Of a DNA stretch of 64,000 bases, positions 20,465-30,284 are shown one piece after another (the first letter of the stretch is position 1; each line of letters starts with the position of its first letter). The stretch is taken from assembly GCA_965601925.1 (NCBI GenBank), contig OZ271854.1, forward strand, positions 4,832,001 through 4,896,000, written 5' to 3'. Below the pieces are notes generated by a model. It searched no databases. It worked only from the letters and a program-made list of their open reading frames with translations, and was not told the DNA's origin. The position numbers and the translations under genes are program-made. This DNA comes from Alkalispirochaeta sp. GTDB lineage: Bacteria; Spirochaetota; Spirochaetia; DSM-27196; Alkalispirochaetaceae.

Positions 20465-21297
20465 TCGCCGGGATGCTCCGGCGCGCGGTGCTGTGCGTTA
20501 TCCACGAGCCAGTTGCGTACTCGCTTCAAATCCTCCCACACGGGCCGACGCCAATCGGGATTGCGGAGCACTGCGGCCGGATGAAAGGTGGGAATGAGCG
20601 GCAGGCCGCGATGACGAAAAAAACTCCCGTGAATCCTGGTGATGCCCTCCGAGGAGCCGGTGAGAAGACGCGTGCTGATCCTCCCGACGGTCACGATGAG
20701 CCGCGGGCGAACTAACGCGAGCTGCTCGTCGAGGTAGGGCGCGCACGCGTCGCTCTCTTGCGGCTTCGGATCGCGATTGTTGGGAGGACGACATTTGACG
20801 ATGTTGGCGATAAAGACGTTGGTCTCCCGCGAGAGCCCGATCGAGGCCAACCACTTATCGAGGTACTGCCCGGCCTTTCCGACGAACGGCACGCCCCGTT
20901 GATCCTCCTGAAAACCGGGCCCTTCGCCGACGATCATCACCAGCGGATCTACCACACCGATTCCCGGTACGGCGTTGGTTCGTCCGAGAGCGAGCGGGCA
21001 GAGACGACAGGCGCGGATCGTGTCCGCCAGCGCGGCCAAGCGCGCACTCCGCTCGTCGGCCGACAGATCGGCGTATGTATCGAGTCGGTCCGCCGGCGCT
21101 GAGGACTCGGCAAATGAGCGCGCCGCGCCCTCTACGGACCGCTCATCGGACGGTGCGATCCGCGCGTGATGCGACGTTTCCGGGTCGCTCTCCGCGGATT
21201 CCTCGTCGGACCTGGTGGCCTCTCGAGCGCTGACCAACAACTCCTCCGCTCGAGCGAGAATATCGTGTAACCGCGTAAATGCATCGGTTCGATTCAT
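20461..21297 (-). CDS. Uracil-DNA glycosylase, family 4 ([4Fe-4S] type)
   Basis: CRLCPL, GEGPG, PFVGKAG, KCRPP and TFHPAAVLR motifs. Start at MNRTDA (ATG 21297) overlaps the truA stop. Confidence 0.92.
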   Translation of the reverse strand: MNRTDAFTRLHDILARAEELLVSAREATRSDEESAESDPETSHHARIAPSDERSVEGAARSFAESSAPADRLDTYADLSADERSARLAALADTIRACRLCPLALGRTNAVPGIGVVDPLVMIVGEGPGFQEDQRGVPFVGKAGQYLDKWLASIGLSRETNVFIANIVKCRPPNNRDPKPQESDACAPYLDEQLALVRPRLIVTVGRISTRLLTGSSEGITRIHGSFFRHRGLPLIPTFHPAAVLRNPDWRRPVWEDLKRVRNWLVDNAQHRAPEHPGE

Positions 21298-22049
21298 AAC
21301 TCGTACTCCACATCGTGAAAAAAAAGTCCCCAGGCAGGGGCCGTAGCACCCGTCGCGGCGCGCTCCCGACGATTCAGGAGTTCCGACATGGACGACTCCG
21401 GTAACGTTCCGTGTAGCCGAGCGCGTTCGCGCTCCACCAACGTCCCGATGATCGTGCGCACCATGCGCCACAAAAAGCCGTCTGCGCCGATAGAAAACTC
21501 CAGCCGACTCCCGTAGCGGCGCATATCGGCGTATAGCACGCGACGCACCATCTTGTCGCCCTCCTCGCGACGCGATGCGAAACTCGAAAAATCGTGTTCT
21601 CCCACGAGCGAAGCGGCGTCGCGGTTGATCCGTGCAACCTCGGGCATCTCGGGAACACGCCACGCATAGCGCCTGAGATGGGGAAGCTGTACTCCACCGA
21701 CGGCCAGATAGTAACGATAGTGGCGACTCCGGGCGTCAAATCGGGCGTGAAATCCGTCGTACACCTCCCGGGCGGCCAATACGCGCACGTCGTGGGGAAG
21801 TCGGCTGTTAATCGCGTGGGCCATTCGATCGACGGGAATACCGTCGCGATCGGTCACGAAGGATATGTGCTGGCCGACGGCGTGGACACCCGAATCGGTA
21901 CGCCCCGCGGCGATTGTCGCAACGGGGTGATCGTGAAGCTCCTCGAGCGCCGTCTCTACCACGCCTTGAACCGTCCGCTGCCCGTTTTGTATCTGGTAGC
22001 CGCAAAAATCGGTTCCGTCGTAGGCGACGCGTGCCAGGATCGTCCGCAT
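21294..22049 (-). CDS. truA: tRNA pseudouridine(38-40) synthase
   Basis: AYDGTDFCGYQ, AGRTDSGVHA, FHARFDA and FLWRMVRTI motifs. Start at ATG 22049. Confidence 0.96.
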   Translation of the reverse strand: MRTILARVAYDGTDFCGYQIQNGQRTVQGVVETALEELHDHPVATIAAGRTDSGVHAVGQHISFVTDRDGIPVDRMAHAINSRLPHDVRVLAAREVYDGFHARFDARSRHYRYYLAVGGVQLPHLRRYAWRVPEMPEVARINRDAASLVGEHDFSSFASRREEGDKMVRRVLYADMRRYGSRLEFSIGADGFLWRMVRTIIGTLVERERARLHGTLPESSMSELLNRRERAATGATAPAWGLFFHDVEYEL

Positions 22050-22912
22050 TACGTCTCCACGTCGTCCGCGGAGACCCCCAGCTCCTTCGAAATCGCCTCG
22101 TATACCTCGCGTGCATTGTCCAGGATCGCCGCCGGCTTGTTCTTGCTCGCCTTTCCCATGCCGAAGATCCGCGCAACGGTACGCTTGGCGCGTTCCAACG
22201 CGTGGCGTCGCATCTCGGGATTGGAACGGGGTCCGTGCTCGTGCTCCAACAGTCCGGAGATATACAGCACCCCATCGTATCCGTAGTTCTTGTCGATATC
22301 GGGGCCGAGATGGGCGGCGCCGCTCAACGGTTCGCTGCCGTCCTGTTCTCCCTCGACCGCACACGAGTAGTAGAAACGCGCCTTGCGGTAGAAGACCGCC
22401 GCCAAATAGTCGAAGTTCTCGGTGGGATGCTTGCGATGAAGATCGTTACACAACCACGCGGCGCGAAGTTGGCTCAACCCCGCTTTGAAGGTCGGCGAAA
22501 AGTGCTTGGGAAAGTGCTCGTAACACAGCGTTGCCGAGACGTAACTCGCTATGCCCTCTTCCAGACTTCTCGGGGTCGTGAAGTCCAGAGCGGGAAAGAG
22601 CTCGGTCAGCATCCCGTGTCGCATATCGCGCTCGTTGAGAAGCGCCTCGCGCCGATTTTCGGGTACTTCCAGGAAATCACCGCTGTATGCGCCGTAGAGA
22701 CAATGGGGACACACGGTCACCGGGTAGAGAAGCGGATAGACCTCTCCGAACTGCTTCGACGCCTCGTAATGGCGCCTGAGCTCGCGCGTAAGATTTCCCG
22801 CGATCTGGCGCCCCCGTCCGGTGCGCATCTCCTCGCGAAAGACCTTCTCCTCGCATACCGGACACTCGATCGGTGTCTTGGAAAAGAACGTCAGTGATGC
22901 CGTCGCCGCCAT
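22049..22912 (-). CDS. DUF2225-like zinc-ribbon protein
   Basis: CPVC and CPHC motifs and a helical C-terminus. Sits between acpS and truA as in other spirochaetes. Confidence 0.75.
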   Translation of the reverse strand: MAATASLTFFSKTPIECPVCEEKVFREEMRTGRGRQIAGNLTRELRRHYEASKQFGEVYPLLYPVTVCPHCLYGAYSGDFLEVPENRREALLNERDMRHGMLTELFPALDFTTPRSLEEGIASYVSATLCYEHFPKHFSPTFKAGLSQLRAAWLCNDLHRKHPTENFDYLAAVFYRKARFYYSCAVEGEQDGSEPLSGAAHLGPDIDKNYGYDGVLYISGLLEHEHGPRSNPEMRRHALERAKRTVARIFGMGKASKNKPAAILDNAREVYEAISKELGVSADDVET

Positions 22913-22919
22913 CGTACCC

Positions 22920-23291
22920 CTACCCTTCTATCACCACCATGGCGATTGCGTGGTGTTGTTCGTGCGTTAGGGAGAGCCACAATCGTCGCCCCCCGATGCG
23001 CGCAAGCGCCGCCGCCGCGGAACCGCTTACGTGCAACTCCGGTTTTCCCAGCGCGTCGTTGACGACCCATACGTCGCGTAAGGCAAACCCGCGAAATCCC
23101 GTACCCAGCGCCTTTGCAAACGCCTCTTTGGCGGCAAAACGCGCGGCGAGGGAGAGTACCGCTCCGTCGCGGCGCTGATAGATCGCATCGCGTTCCCGAT
23201 CGTCGAAATAGCGATGGAGAAGTGCCTCGTCCTCGAGCCAGTGGCTCATGCGATCGACGGCCACCACGTCGACGCCGATACCGCAGATCAC
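22920..23291 (-). CDS. acpS: Holo-[acyl-carrier-protein] synthase
   Basis: GIGVDVV, LAARFAAKEAFAKALGTG, GKP and SLTHE motifs. Confidence 0.96.
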   Translation of the reverse strand: MICGIGVDVVAVDRMSHWLEDEALLHRYFDDRERDAIYQRRDGAVLSLAARFAAKEAFAKALGTGFRGFALRDVWVVNDALGKPELHVSGSAAAALARIGGRRLWLSLTHEQHHAIAMVVIEG

Positions 23292-24232
23292 CGCTCCTCC
23301 TCGATAAGGAGCTGCACCGACGTCGGCTCGTAGCGCAACACGACAAAATCCGGGGGAACGATCGGCCGCACCGGCAGACGCAACTGGCCTCTGCCGTCGA
23401 TACCCGATGCGTCGACGGACAACTGCATATCGCCGGGGCTGACCTCCTCGATGTCGATTTGGCGCGCCTGCACGCGAATCAGTCCGGGCGGCAGGTTCTG
23501 TCCCAGGCGAAAGGCGGGGTCCAGGCCCGTTACGACCAGTTCCACCGGCTCGAAGGTTTGGAGCACGACCGCCTCCTCGATTCGGCCGCGAACCTCGACG
23601 ATATCGCCGCCCGGGAAGCGAACCAACGGATCGGGACGCACGAGTCGGACGCGCTCGGTGAACGTCTCCCGGCGCGTCGAGAGGTCGACGTCCTCGGTGC
23701 GCACCTGCTCGATATTCTCCAGACGACTCCGCGGCCCTTCGACCTCCACCAACGATGGGGTCATCAACAGCTGCGTCAGTTCGTAGCCGGTTGGCGGAAA
23801 GCTGCTCGTGCTCGGCACAACCTCAAGACTCTTGAGCAGATTCTCCTCGAGCGTAACGAGGATGGAGTCGGGCTCGGCGGTCACTTCCAGTGCATCGGCC
23901 TCCGCCGCCGCACCGCTGCGATCGATCTGCACCAACGCGCGATACTCGCCCTCTGCGTCAAAGGGGCGAAAGTTGACCCACGCCCGAAGGTCTTCCTCCA
24001 AAACGCGAAAGACCTCCTCCGATTCGCCGCGCAGACGTAAACGGACTTGGCGCGGATATGCCGATCCCGGCACCAGATCGCCGTTCAATGCCAACTCGAG
24101 CGGGACGGTAAGAAAGCGCTCCTCCAGACGGGTGATGTCGTGAAAGACTAACAGGAAGAGCGCTACGGCAAACGAGAGGATCTTCGCGGGCCAATTGCGA
24201 AATATGCGTCGGAGGATTCTATCAATCTGCAA
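23288..24232 (-). CDS. cdaR: CdaR/YbbR-like regulator of diadenylate cyclase
   Basis: NWPAKILS TM anchor, YbbR-like beta-rich repeats, directly downstream of cdaA. Confidence 0.85.
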   Translation of the reverse strand: MQIDRILRRIFRNWPAKILSFAVALFLLVFHDITRLEERFLTVPLELALNGDLVPGSAYPRQVRLRLRGESEEVFRVLEEDLRAWVNFRPFDAEGEYRALVQIDRSGAAAEADALEVTAEPDSILVTLEENLLKSLEVVPSTSSFPPTGYELTQLLMTPSLVEVEGPRSRLENIEQVRTEDVDLSTRRETFTERVRLVRPDPLVRFPGGDIVEVRGRIEEAVVLQTFEPVELVVTGLDPAFRLGQNLPPGLIRVQARQIDIEEVSPGDMQLSVDASGIDGRGQLRLPVRPIVPPDFVVLRYEPTSVQLLIEEER

Positions 24233-25034
24233 GTTCGGCGACCTCCTCCTTACGTTCGACGGCCTCGCGTCCGCCGACGTTCAAGACCTCGGCCAGCGTA
24301 TCGCGCGTCTCCTCGCTACTCAAGTCATAGTATAGATTCGCATCGTACGCCAAACTCAGCGCACCGGTCTCCTCGCTCACTACCAGCACCACGGCGTCAC
24401 TCTCCTCCGCAAGGCCCAGGGCGGCACGATGGCGCGTACCGAAACTACGCCGGACGTCCATCTGTTCCGAAAGGGGCAGAAAACATCCCGCGGAGACGAC
24501 ACGCCCGTTCTCCACGACGACCGCTCCGTCGTGAAGTTCAGTGTCGTAGGCGAAGATCGTCAGCAGCAGCGCGGCGCTGACCTCGGCGTCCAGGAGCGTG
24601 CCCGTCTCGATGATGTTCTTTTGGCCGACGGTGCGAGTGAAGACGATCAGCGCCCCCCTTCGCCGGTACGACAGCACCTCAACGGCCCCGATCACCGCGT
24701 CCAACTGTTGGGGGCGCGCCCCGGAATGAGCGTGCAGCCACGTTCCCTGGCCGATGCGAGTGAAGATTTTACGCAGCTCGGGCTGAAAGATAATCGCGAT
24801 ACCGATGACGAAGCTTGGTGCGAGAAGGTTAATGAGCCACAACAGCGTCCGCAGCGAGAGGAGGAGCGAGACGGCGTACAATACGCCCAGAAAGAGCGCG
24901 CCGCGCACGAGTTGGACCGCACGCGTCTGCACGAGAATCTGATATCCACGATAAATGAGGTAGCTGAGAAGAAGTACGTCCAGCGCGGGCAGAATGATTA
25001 CCCGAACGACCCAGATATCCTGTAGCGCTCCCAT
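24222..25034 (-). CDS. cdaA: Diadenylate cyclase (c-di-AMP synthase)
   Basis: Three TM helices, IIFQPELR, and the catalytic HDGA and GTRHRAA motifs. Confidence 0.96.
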   Translation of the reverse strand: MGALQDIWVVRVIILPALDVLLLSYLIYRGYQILVQTRAVQLVRGALFLGVLYAVSLLLSLRTLLWLINLLAPSFVIGIAIIFQPELRKIFTRIGQGTWLHAHSGARPQQLDAVIGAVEVLSYRRRGALIVFTRTVGQKNIIETGTLLDAEVSAALLLTIFAYDTELHDGAVVVENGRVVSAGCFLPLSEQMDVRRSFGTRHRAALGLAEESDAVVLVVSEETGALSLAYDANLYYDLSSEETRDTLAEVLNVGGREAVERKEEVAELAD

Positions 25035-25108
25035 TTAGCGCCCATTGTATACAGAGAACCGCCTCGTGTGACACCTCTACGCGATAAAATCGGGGGGCAA
25101 GAAGGACG

Positions 25109-25361
25109 CATGGATGCCGAGCATCCATGTGGGGCGAAAAAGACTCATGGATGCCGGGCATCCATGTGGGGCAAAAAAGACTCATGGATGCCGGGCATCC
25201 ATGTGGGGCAAAAAAGACTCATGGATGCCGGGCATCCATGTGGGGCAAAAAAGACTCATGGATGCCGGGCATCCATGTGGGGCAAAAAAGACTCATGGAT
25301 GCCGGGCATCCATGTGGGGAGCAAAAAAAAGAATCACGGATGCCGGCGGCATCCGTGATTC
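25109..25361. repeat. Tandem array of six 37-bp units plus a diverged seventh, each containing a palindrome
   Basis: Unit CATGGATGCC-G-GGCATCCATG-TGGGGCAAAAAAGACT starts at 25109, 25146, 25183, 25220, 25257 and 25294. A related hairpin lies at 25331-25361. Confidence 0.97.
25323..25361 (-). terminator. Intrinsic terminator of the bS22 gene
   Basis: 14-bp stem GAATCACGGATGCC/GGCATCCGTGATTC, 3-nt loop, then 8 U on the minus strand. Confidence 0.88.
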
Positions 25362-25397
25362 GATACGGATCGGGCGCCGCGTATGCGGCGCGTACTA

Positions 25398-25493
25398 TTA
25401 GCGATTTCGCTTTTTGTGTCGATTCTTTCGAAGTTTTTTCTTACGCTTGTGAGTAGCGATTTTTTTTCGCTTACGCTTTCTTCCGCAGGGCAC
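25398..25493 (-). CDS. 30S ribosomal protein bS22 (AURKAIP1/COX24-like), 31 aa
   Basis: Below the ORF-track cutoff. MPCGRKRKRKKIATHKRKKKLRKNRHKKRNR* with AAGGAG RBS and GTG start, downstream of miaA as in Borrelia. Confidence 0.9.
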   Translation of the reverse strand: MPCGRKRKRKKIATHKRKKKLRKNRHKKRNR

Positions 25494-25564
25494 TGAACTA
25501 TCTCCTTTTATCAAGCTGCCGTTACGATCCAAGTATCCGTAAATGAGCCGGTAGTATGAACGCC

Positions 25565-26497
25565 TCACCGACTCCTGTCAAGGACCGCCTCGCACGCGGC
25601 GTCCGCGTCGGCGTGGATCCACGTTACGCCGGGAAGACGACGAAAGAAGGTCTCCTGGCGTTTTGCGTAACGCCGGGAGTTCCGCGCGATCTCGTTCCGT
25701 ATGCGCTCCAGAGAAGCGACGCTCCACGGCGGCGCCCCCCCTACGGAGAAAAACTCGCGATACCCGATGGTGCGCATTCCCGCATCCGCGGCGGTGTAGC
25801 CGCGGCGCACCAACGACTCAACCTCTCGCGGCAGTCCAACATCGAACATCGCATCGACGCGCTCGTCGATACGACGGTACAGCTCGTCGCGCTCGCGGTA
25901 GAGACCTACGGCAACGACCTCCCGATCGCTCCGCGGCGTTTGCGGTACGGCGTACTCCGAAAGGGGGCGGCCCGCGGTGTAGTACACCTCCAGCGCGCGA
26001 AGTACGCGGTAGCGGTCGTTTGCAGCGATACGTTCGTCGCTCGCCGGATCGACGCGCCGCAACTCGTCTCTCAGGGCGTCGAGACCTTCTCGGACGAGCC
26101 GCTCGGCGAGGTGCGCCCTCAACGTCGGCGGCGTCGGCGGTGTCCGGGGCAACCCGAATAGATACCCCCGCACGTAAAACGCGGTACCGCCGGAGATGAT
26201 TGCACGCTTTCCCCTCCCTTCGATCTCCGGCACGAGACGATCGCACTCGGCCACGAATCGTCCGACGTCCCATGACTCATCGGGGTCGATGACGTCGATG
26301 AGATGGTGGCGAATGCGTCGGAGAACGGCGGGCGACGGTTTCGCGGTACCGATATCCATCGATCGGTACACTTGGCGCGAGTCGGCGGAGATAATCTCAA
26401 ACGGCGGAGGTTCGCGCGTTACATCGTCGCCGGCGGCGGCCGTCAAAAGCCGCGACTTTCCAACGCCGGTAGCGCCGAAGAGGAGAAGAACGGACAT
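25565..26497 (-). CDS. miaA: tRNA dimethylallyltransferase
   Basis: GATGVGKS, ISADSRQVYRSMDIGTAKP, GGTAFY and RRYAKRQ motifs. Confidence 0.97.
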   Translation of the reverse strand: MSVLLLFGATGVGKSRLLTAAAGDDVTREPPPFEIISADSRQVYRSMDIGTAKPSPAVLRRIRHHLIDVIDPDESWDVGRFVAECDRLVPEIEGRGKRAIISGGTAFYVRGYLFGLPRTPPTPPTLRAHLAERLVREGLDALRDELRRVDPASDERIAANDRYRVLRALEVYYTAGRPLSEYAVPQTPRSDREVVAVGLYRERDELYRRIDERVDAMFDVGLPREVESLVRRGYTAADAGMRTIGYREFFSVGGAPPWSVASLERIRNEIARNSRRYAKRQETFFRRLPGVTWIHADADAACEAVLDRSR

Positions 26498-26557
26498 GTG
26501 TGTTGATGGTATCGCAGTGGTCCGGAGGGAGCAATGCGAGCGCCGGAGCGACGCTCG

Positions 26558-26773
26558 TTACCCTTCGGTTATTTCAAAGTGAATTTCGCGGTCCAAAACC
26601 TCACCGATTGCCTGAGAGACGACCTTCTCACCGTCTTCATTAACGCTACCGTGTTCGTCGGAGCTGAACGCGCGACGAATCTCGCCGACCTGATGAGCCC
26701 TGCGGATGATAGCCGAGGTGAGCTCATAGATATTGCGGTCGTCGGCCAGTAGTTTATCAAGCGGTATCGCCAT
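26558..26773 (-). CDS. rpoZ: RNA polymerase omega subunit (spirochaete type)
   Basis: NIYELTSAIIRRAHQ...KVVSQAIGEV matches the omega pattern. GGAGG RBS, upstream of miaA. Confidence 0.8.
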   Translation of the reverse strand: MAIPLDKLLADDRNIYELTSAIIRRAHQVGEIRRAFSSDEHGSVNEDGEKVVSQAIGEVLDREIHFEITEG

Positions 26774-26791
26774 GTATCCTCCAATCCGCCT

Positions 26792-26821
26792 AACATAACA
26801 CACACATCGGGGCGTATTCAA
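26792..26821 (-). promoter_or_regulatory. Sigma70-type promoter for rpoZ-miaA
   Basis: TTGAAT-18nt-TATGTT with an extended TG. Confidence 0.55.
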
Positions 26822-26894
26822 GGCGGTTCGTGCCGATCGAGCTTGACGAAGTGAGGTCGTTTATTAAACATTCAGCGCGAAAGGAACAGATGGC

Positions 26895-29453
26895 ATGGCG
26901 GAATCCGCGTTGGTAATCGTAGAGTCTCCTACTAAAGCACGCACGATAAAACGATTTCTCCCGAAACACTTCGTGGTCGAGGCGAGTATCGGTCACGTAC
27001 GAGATCTCCCGCAGTCCGCATCGGAAATCCCCGCGAAGTACAAGGGGGAGGAGTGGGCGCGACTGGGTATCAACATCGACGACGATTTTGCTCCGTTGTA
27101 TGTAACGCCACGGGGCAAGAGCAAGATCATCCGGCACCTCAAGGATCAACTCAAAAAGGCGGACGTCCTGTATCTTGCGACGGACGAAGACCGCGAGGGG
27201 GAGAGCATCTCGTGGCATCTCTTGGAGCTCCTTAAGCCGAAAGTTCCGGTCCGGCGCATGGTATTTCACGAGATCACCCGCCGGGCGATTCAACATTCTC
27301 TGGAAAACTATCGTACCGTCGACCTTCAACTGGTGCGCGCCCAGGAGACGCGACGCATATTGGATCGTCTCTACGGGTATACGCTCTCTCCGTTGGTGTG
27401 GAAGAAAATCGCCTACGGACTGTCCGCCGGCCGCGTCCAGTCGCCGGGCTTGCGCATGATCGTGGAACGCGAACGCGAGCGAATCAGGTTTAAGCCCGCC
27501 GAGTACTGGGACCTCCTCGCGCGCCTCGAAAAGCCCGGCGAGGCTCCCGCCTTTGAGGCGCGCCTCGTCGAGTATCGCGGCACGCGCTTGGCGATCGGAA
27601 AGGACTTCGACCCCAATACGGGGCAGCTGAAGAGCTCGGCGGCGCTCCATCTGACGGAGGCGGAGGCGCACTCTCTAACCACGGACCTTGCGGCCGGGGC
27701 GTGGACGGTTGCGGAGATCACATCGAAAGACACCAAGACGAGACCGGCCCCGCCCTTCATCACCTCCACCCTCCAACAAGAGGGAAATCGTAAGTTGGGC
27801 CTGAGCGCGCGAGAGACGATGCGGACCGCACAGCGGCTGTACGAAGAGGGCTTCATTACCTACATGCGAACCGATAGCCCGGTCCTCTCGTCGGAGGCGA
27901 TTCAGGCGGCGCGCTCCCAGATCGAGTCGCTGTACGGTGCGGAGTACCTCTCGGCACAACCTCGCCAATACTCGTCGTCGAGCCGCGACGCTCAAGAGGC
28001 GCATGAGGCGATTCGGCCGGCCGGTACGACCTTTAGCCACCCGTCGGAGACGGGACTCTCGGGCCGCGAACGGTCGTTGTATGAGTTAATCTGGAAGCGT
28101 ACCGTGGCAAGTCAAATGGCGGAGGCGCAAAAGCGTTCCATCGGCGTGAAGATCCGCGTCGGCGAGGCGGCGTTCGGAGCCAACGGCAACCGCATCGTCT
28201 TTCCCGGTTTCCTGCGCGTCTACGTCGAAGGCAAGGACAATCCCGAAGCGGCCCTCGAGGATAAAGAGGTCATCTTGCCCGACCTGGTGGAAGGCGACGC
28301 GCTGTCGATGGTGGAACTCACGGCGGATCAACACCGAACCAAGCCGCCGGCGCGCTATACCGAGGCGTCGCTGGTGCAGCGGCTGGAAAAAGAGGGTATC
28401 GGTCGCCCGTCGACGTACGCCTCGATCATCGCCACGCTGTACGAACGAAATTACGTCAGACGCCAAGACAGGACACTTGCCCCGACCTTTACCGGCATGG
28501 CGGTCGTGCAACTGTTGGAGCACCATTTCTCCGAGCTTGTGGAGTACAGCTTTACGAGCAACATGGAGACCGCCCTCGACGAGATCGCTTACGGTCGGAG
28601 AGAACATCTCATCTACCTCAACGACTTCTATCTCGGCGAGACGGGGCTTCGCAGCCGCGTCGAGCAGCGGGAGAGCGAGATCAAGCCGGAGCAGTCGCGC
28701 AGTATCGCCCTGCCCCAACTGTCGGAACATCAGACGGTCAAAGTAGGTCGATACGGGCCGTACATCATTCACCACGAGAACGGAGAGGAGATCCACGCCT
28801 CGATACCGGAGGAGTTCACTCCGGCCGATCTCAACGAACGAGATATCCACGAGCTCATAGAGATTCAGAAAAACGGACCGGCGCCCATCGGAACCCATCC
28901 GGACACGGGAGAGAGTATCTACTGCCTCACGGGGCGATTCGGGCCCTATTTACAGTTGGGAGAGGCGCCGGAGGACGGCGAGACCAAGCCCAAGCGCGCA
29001 AGTCTGCCAAAAGGGGTACGTCCAAGCGAGATGACCGTCGAGCTCGCCGTGCGCCTCCTGAGCCTTCCCCGGACGCTCGGGATTCACCCGGAGAAGGGTT
29101 TGGAGGTCGTGGCCAACATCGGCCGTTTCGGACCGTTCGTGGTATGCGACGGAGAGTACCGCTCTCTGAAGAAGGGCGACGACGTGTACACGATTCAACT
29201 CGACCGGGCGGTCGAGCTACTCGCCGAGGAGAAACAGGGGCGGCGTACTACGGCCAAGACGCTCAAAGATTTCGGCCTCGACTCGACCGGAAAACGCAAG
29301 ATAGCGATTCTCGACGGACGCTACGGGCCGTATATCAAAGCCGGTACCAAAAACGTCTCTTTGCCCGAGGAAAAGCGTACCCCCGAGGCGATCGAGCAAC
29401 TTACGTTGGAGGACGTGCAGGCGATCATCGCCGAAAAAAAGAGGAGTAAGTGA
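26895..29453 (+). CDS. topA: DNA topoisomerase I with C-terminal Topo_C repeats
   Basis: IVESPTKA, ATDEDREGE, SAGRVQS, ITYMRTD and GIGRPSTY motifs. The C-terminus has four GR(Y/F)GP(Y/F) repeats and no Zn ribbons. Confidence 0.97.
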   Translation: MAESALVIVESPTKARTIKRFLPKHFVVEASIGHVRDLPQSASEIPAKYKGEEWARLGINIDDDFAPLYVTPRGKSKIIRHLKDQLKKADVLYLATDEDREGESISWHLLELLKPKVPVRRMVFHEITRRAIQHSLENYRTVDLQLVRAQETRRILDRLYGYTLSPLVWKKIAYGLSAGRVQSPGLRMIVERERERIRFKPAEYWDLLARLEKPGEAPAFEARLVEYRGTRLAIGKDFDPNTGQLKSSAALHLTEAEAHSLTTDLAAGAWTVAEITSKDTKTRPAPPFITSTLQQEGNRKLGLSARETMRTAQRLYEEGFITYMRTDSPVLSSEAIQAARSQIESLYGAEYLSAQPRQYSSSSRDAQEAHEAIRPAGTTFSHPSETGLSGRERSLYELIWKRTVASQMAEAQKRSIGVKIRVGEAAFGANGNRIVFPGFLRVYVEGKDNPEAALEDKEVILPDLVEGDALSMVELTADQHRTKPPARYTEASLVQRLEKEGIGRPSTYASIIATLYERNYVRRQDRTLAPTFTGMAVVQLLEHHFSELVEYSFTSNMETALDEIAYGRREHLIYLNDFYLGETGLRSRVEQRESEIKPEQSRSIALPQLSEHQTVKVGRYGPYIIHHENGEEIHASIPEEFTPADLNERDIHELIEIQKNGPAPIGTHPDTGESIYCLTGRFGPYLQLGEAPEDGETKPKRASLPKGVRPSEMTVELAVRLLSLPRTLGIHPEKGLEVVANIGRFGPFVVCDGEYRSLKKGDDVYTIQLDRAVELLAEEKQGRRTTAKTLKDFGLDSTGKRKIAILDGRYGPYIKAGTKNVSLPEEKRTPEAIEQLTLEDVQAIIAEKKRSK

Positions 29454-29564
29454 TTCCGCGTCGCCGGGCGAATGTCGGCGCGGAGCGCCGCCTCCCGTCT
29501 CCTGCGTTCGCACATCCCTTTCGGACCCGGATCTATGGCCGTCACGGGTTTCTAAGAATTACAC

Positions 29565-30284
29565 TTGCCGATAGTGGACATCGAAGAAGCACTTTTAGAA
29601 GTACGGAATCTCAAAGTCTTTCGTCCCGACGGTTCGCTTCTTCTCGATGTACCGGAGCTGCGCCTCTTCGCCGGGCAGTGGCTCGTCGTCTCGGGAACCA
29701 GCGGATCGGGAAAGTCGACGTTCCTGCGCGTTATCGCAGGACTTCTCGCGCAGCGGAGCGGTCGCCGCGAGGGGGGCGTGCGCCATCTCACCTGGAACGG
29801 TGAGATTCGTCTGGACGGCATTCGACAGCTCTCAGGAACAATCCAGGATTATCGGAGGCGAGTAACGTGGATACCGCAGCGCCCCGTCCTCGAGCCGGGT
29901 CCGGCCTCCGCAAGTATTGAATCTCTCGCCGAGTACCGCTACAGCGGACTTCCGTCTCCCGATGAGGCCAAAACGCGAGCCGGTCCGCTACTTACCGAAC
30001 TCGGATTGGACGAAGATATTCTTTCACGGAACGTCGCCGAGCTTTCAGGGGGCGAAGCGAGTCGCGTGGCACTGGCGCGCTCGCTCCTCCTCGATCGTCG
30101 GCTCATCCTCCTCGACGAGCCGGGCTCGGCGCTCGACGGGGAGACGTCGCGCATCGCGGCGAATATCGTCAGACGATCCACGAACGCGACCGCGGTGGTG
30201 ATCGTGAGTCACGACGAGAACTGGACACTCCCGGGCTCGCGGTGCGCGACGGTGGACGGAGCGACACTCAAGGAGTACGCGTGA
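29565..30284 (+). CDS. ABC ATP-binding protein (FetA-like)
   Basis: GTSGSGKST, LSGGE, LLDEP and VSHD motifs. Coupled to a UPF0014 permease. Confidence 0.85.
   Translation: MPIVDIEEALLEVRNLKVFRPDGSLLLDVPELRLFAGQWLVVSGTSGSGKSTFLRVIAGLLAQRSGRREGGVRHLTWNGEIRLDGIRQLSGTIQDYRRRVTWIPQRPVLEPGPASASIESLAEYRYSGLPSPDEAKTRAGPLLTELGLDEDILSRNVAELSGGEASRVALARSLLLDRRLILLDEPGSALDGETSRIAANIVRRSTNATAVVIVSHDENWTLPGSRCATVDGATLKEYA

Noticed and set aside
25109..25361. CRISPR array
   Set aside because: The sequences between the palindromes are near-identical rather than unique spacers, the period is only 37 bp, and no cas genes are in the window.
25068..25456. Three overlapping repetitive plus-strand ORFs
   Set aside because: These are artefacts of a stop-free 37-bp repeat that cycles through all three frames.
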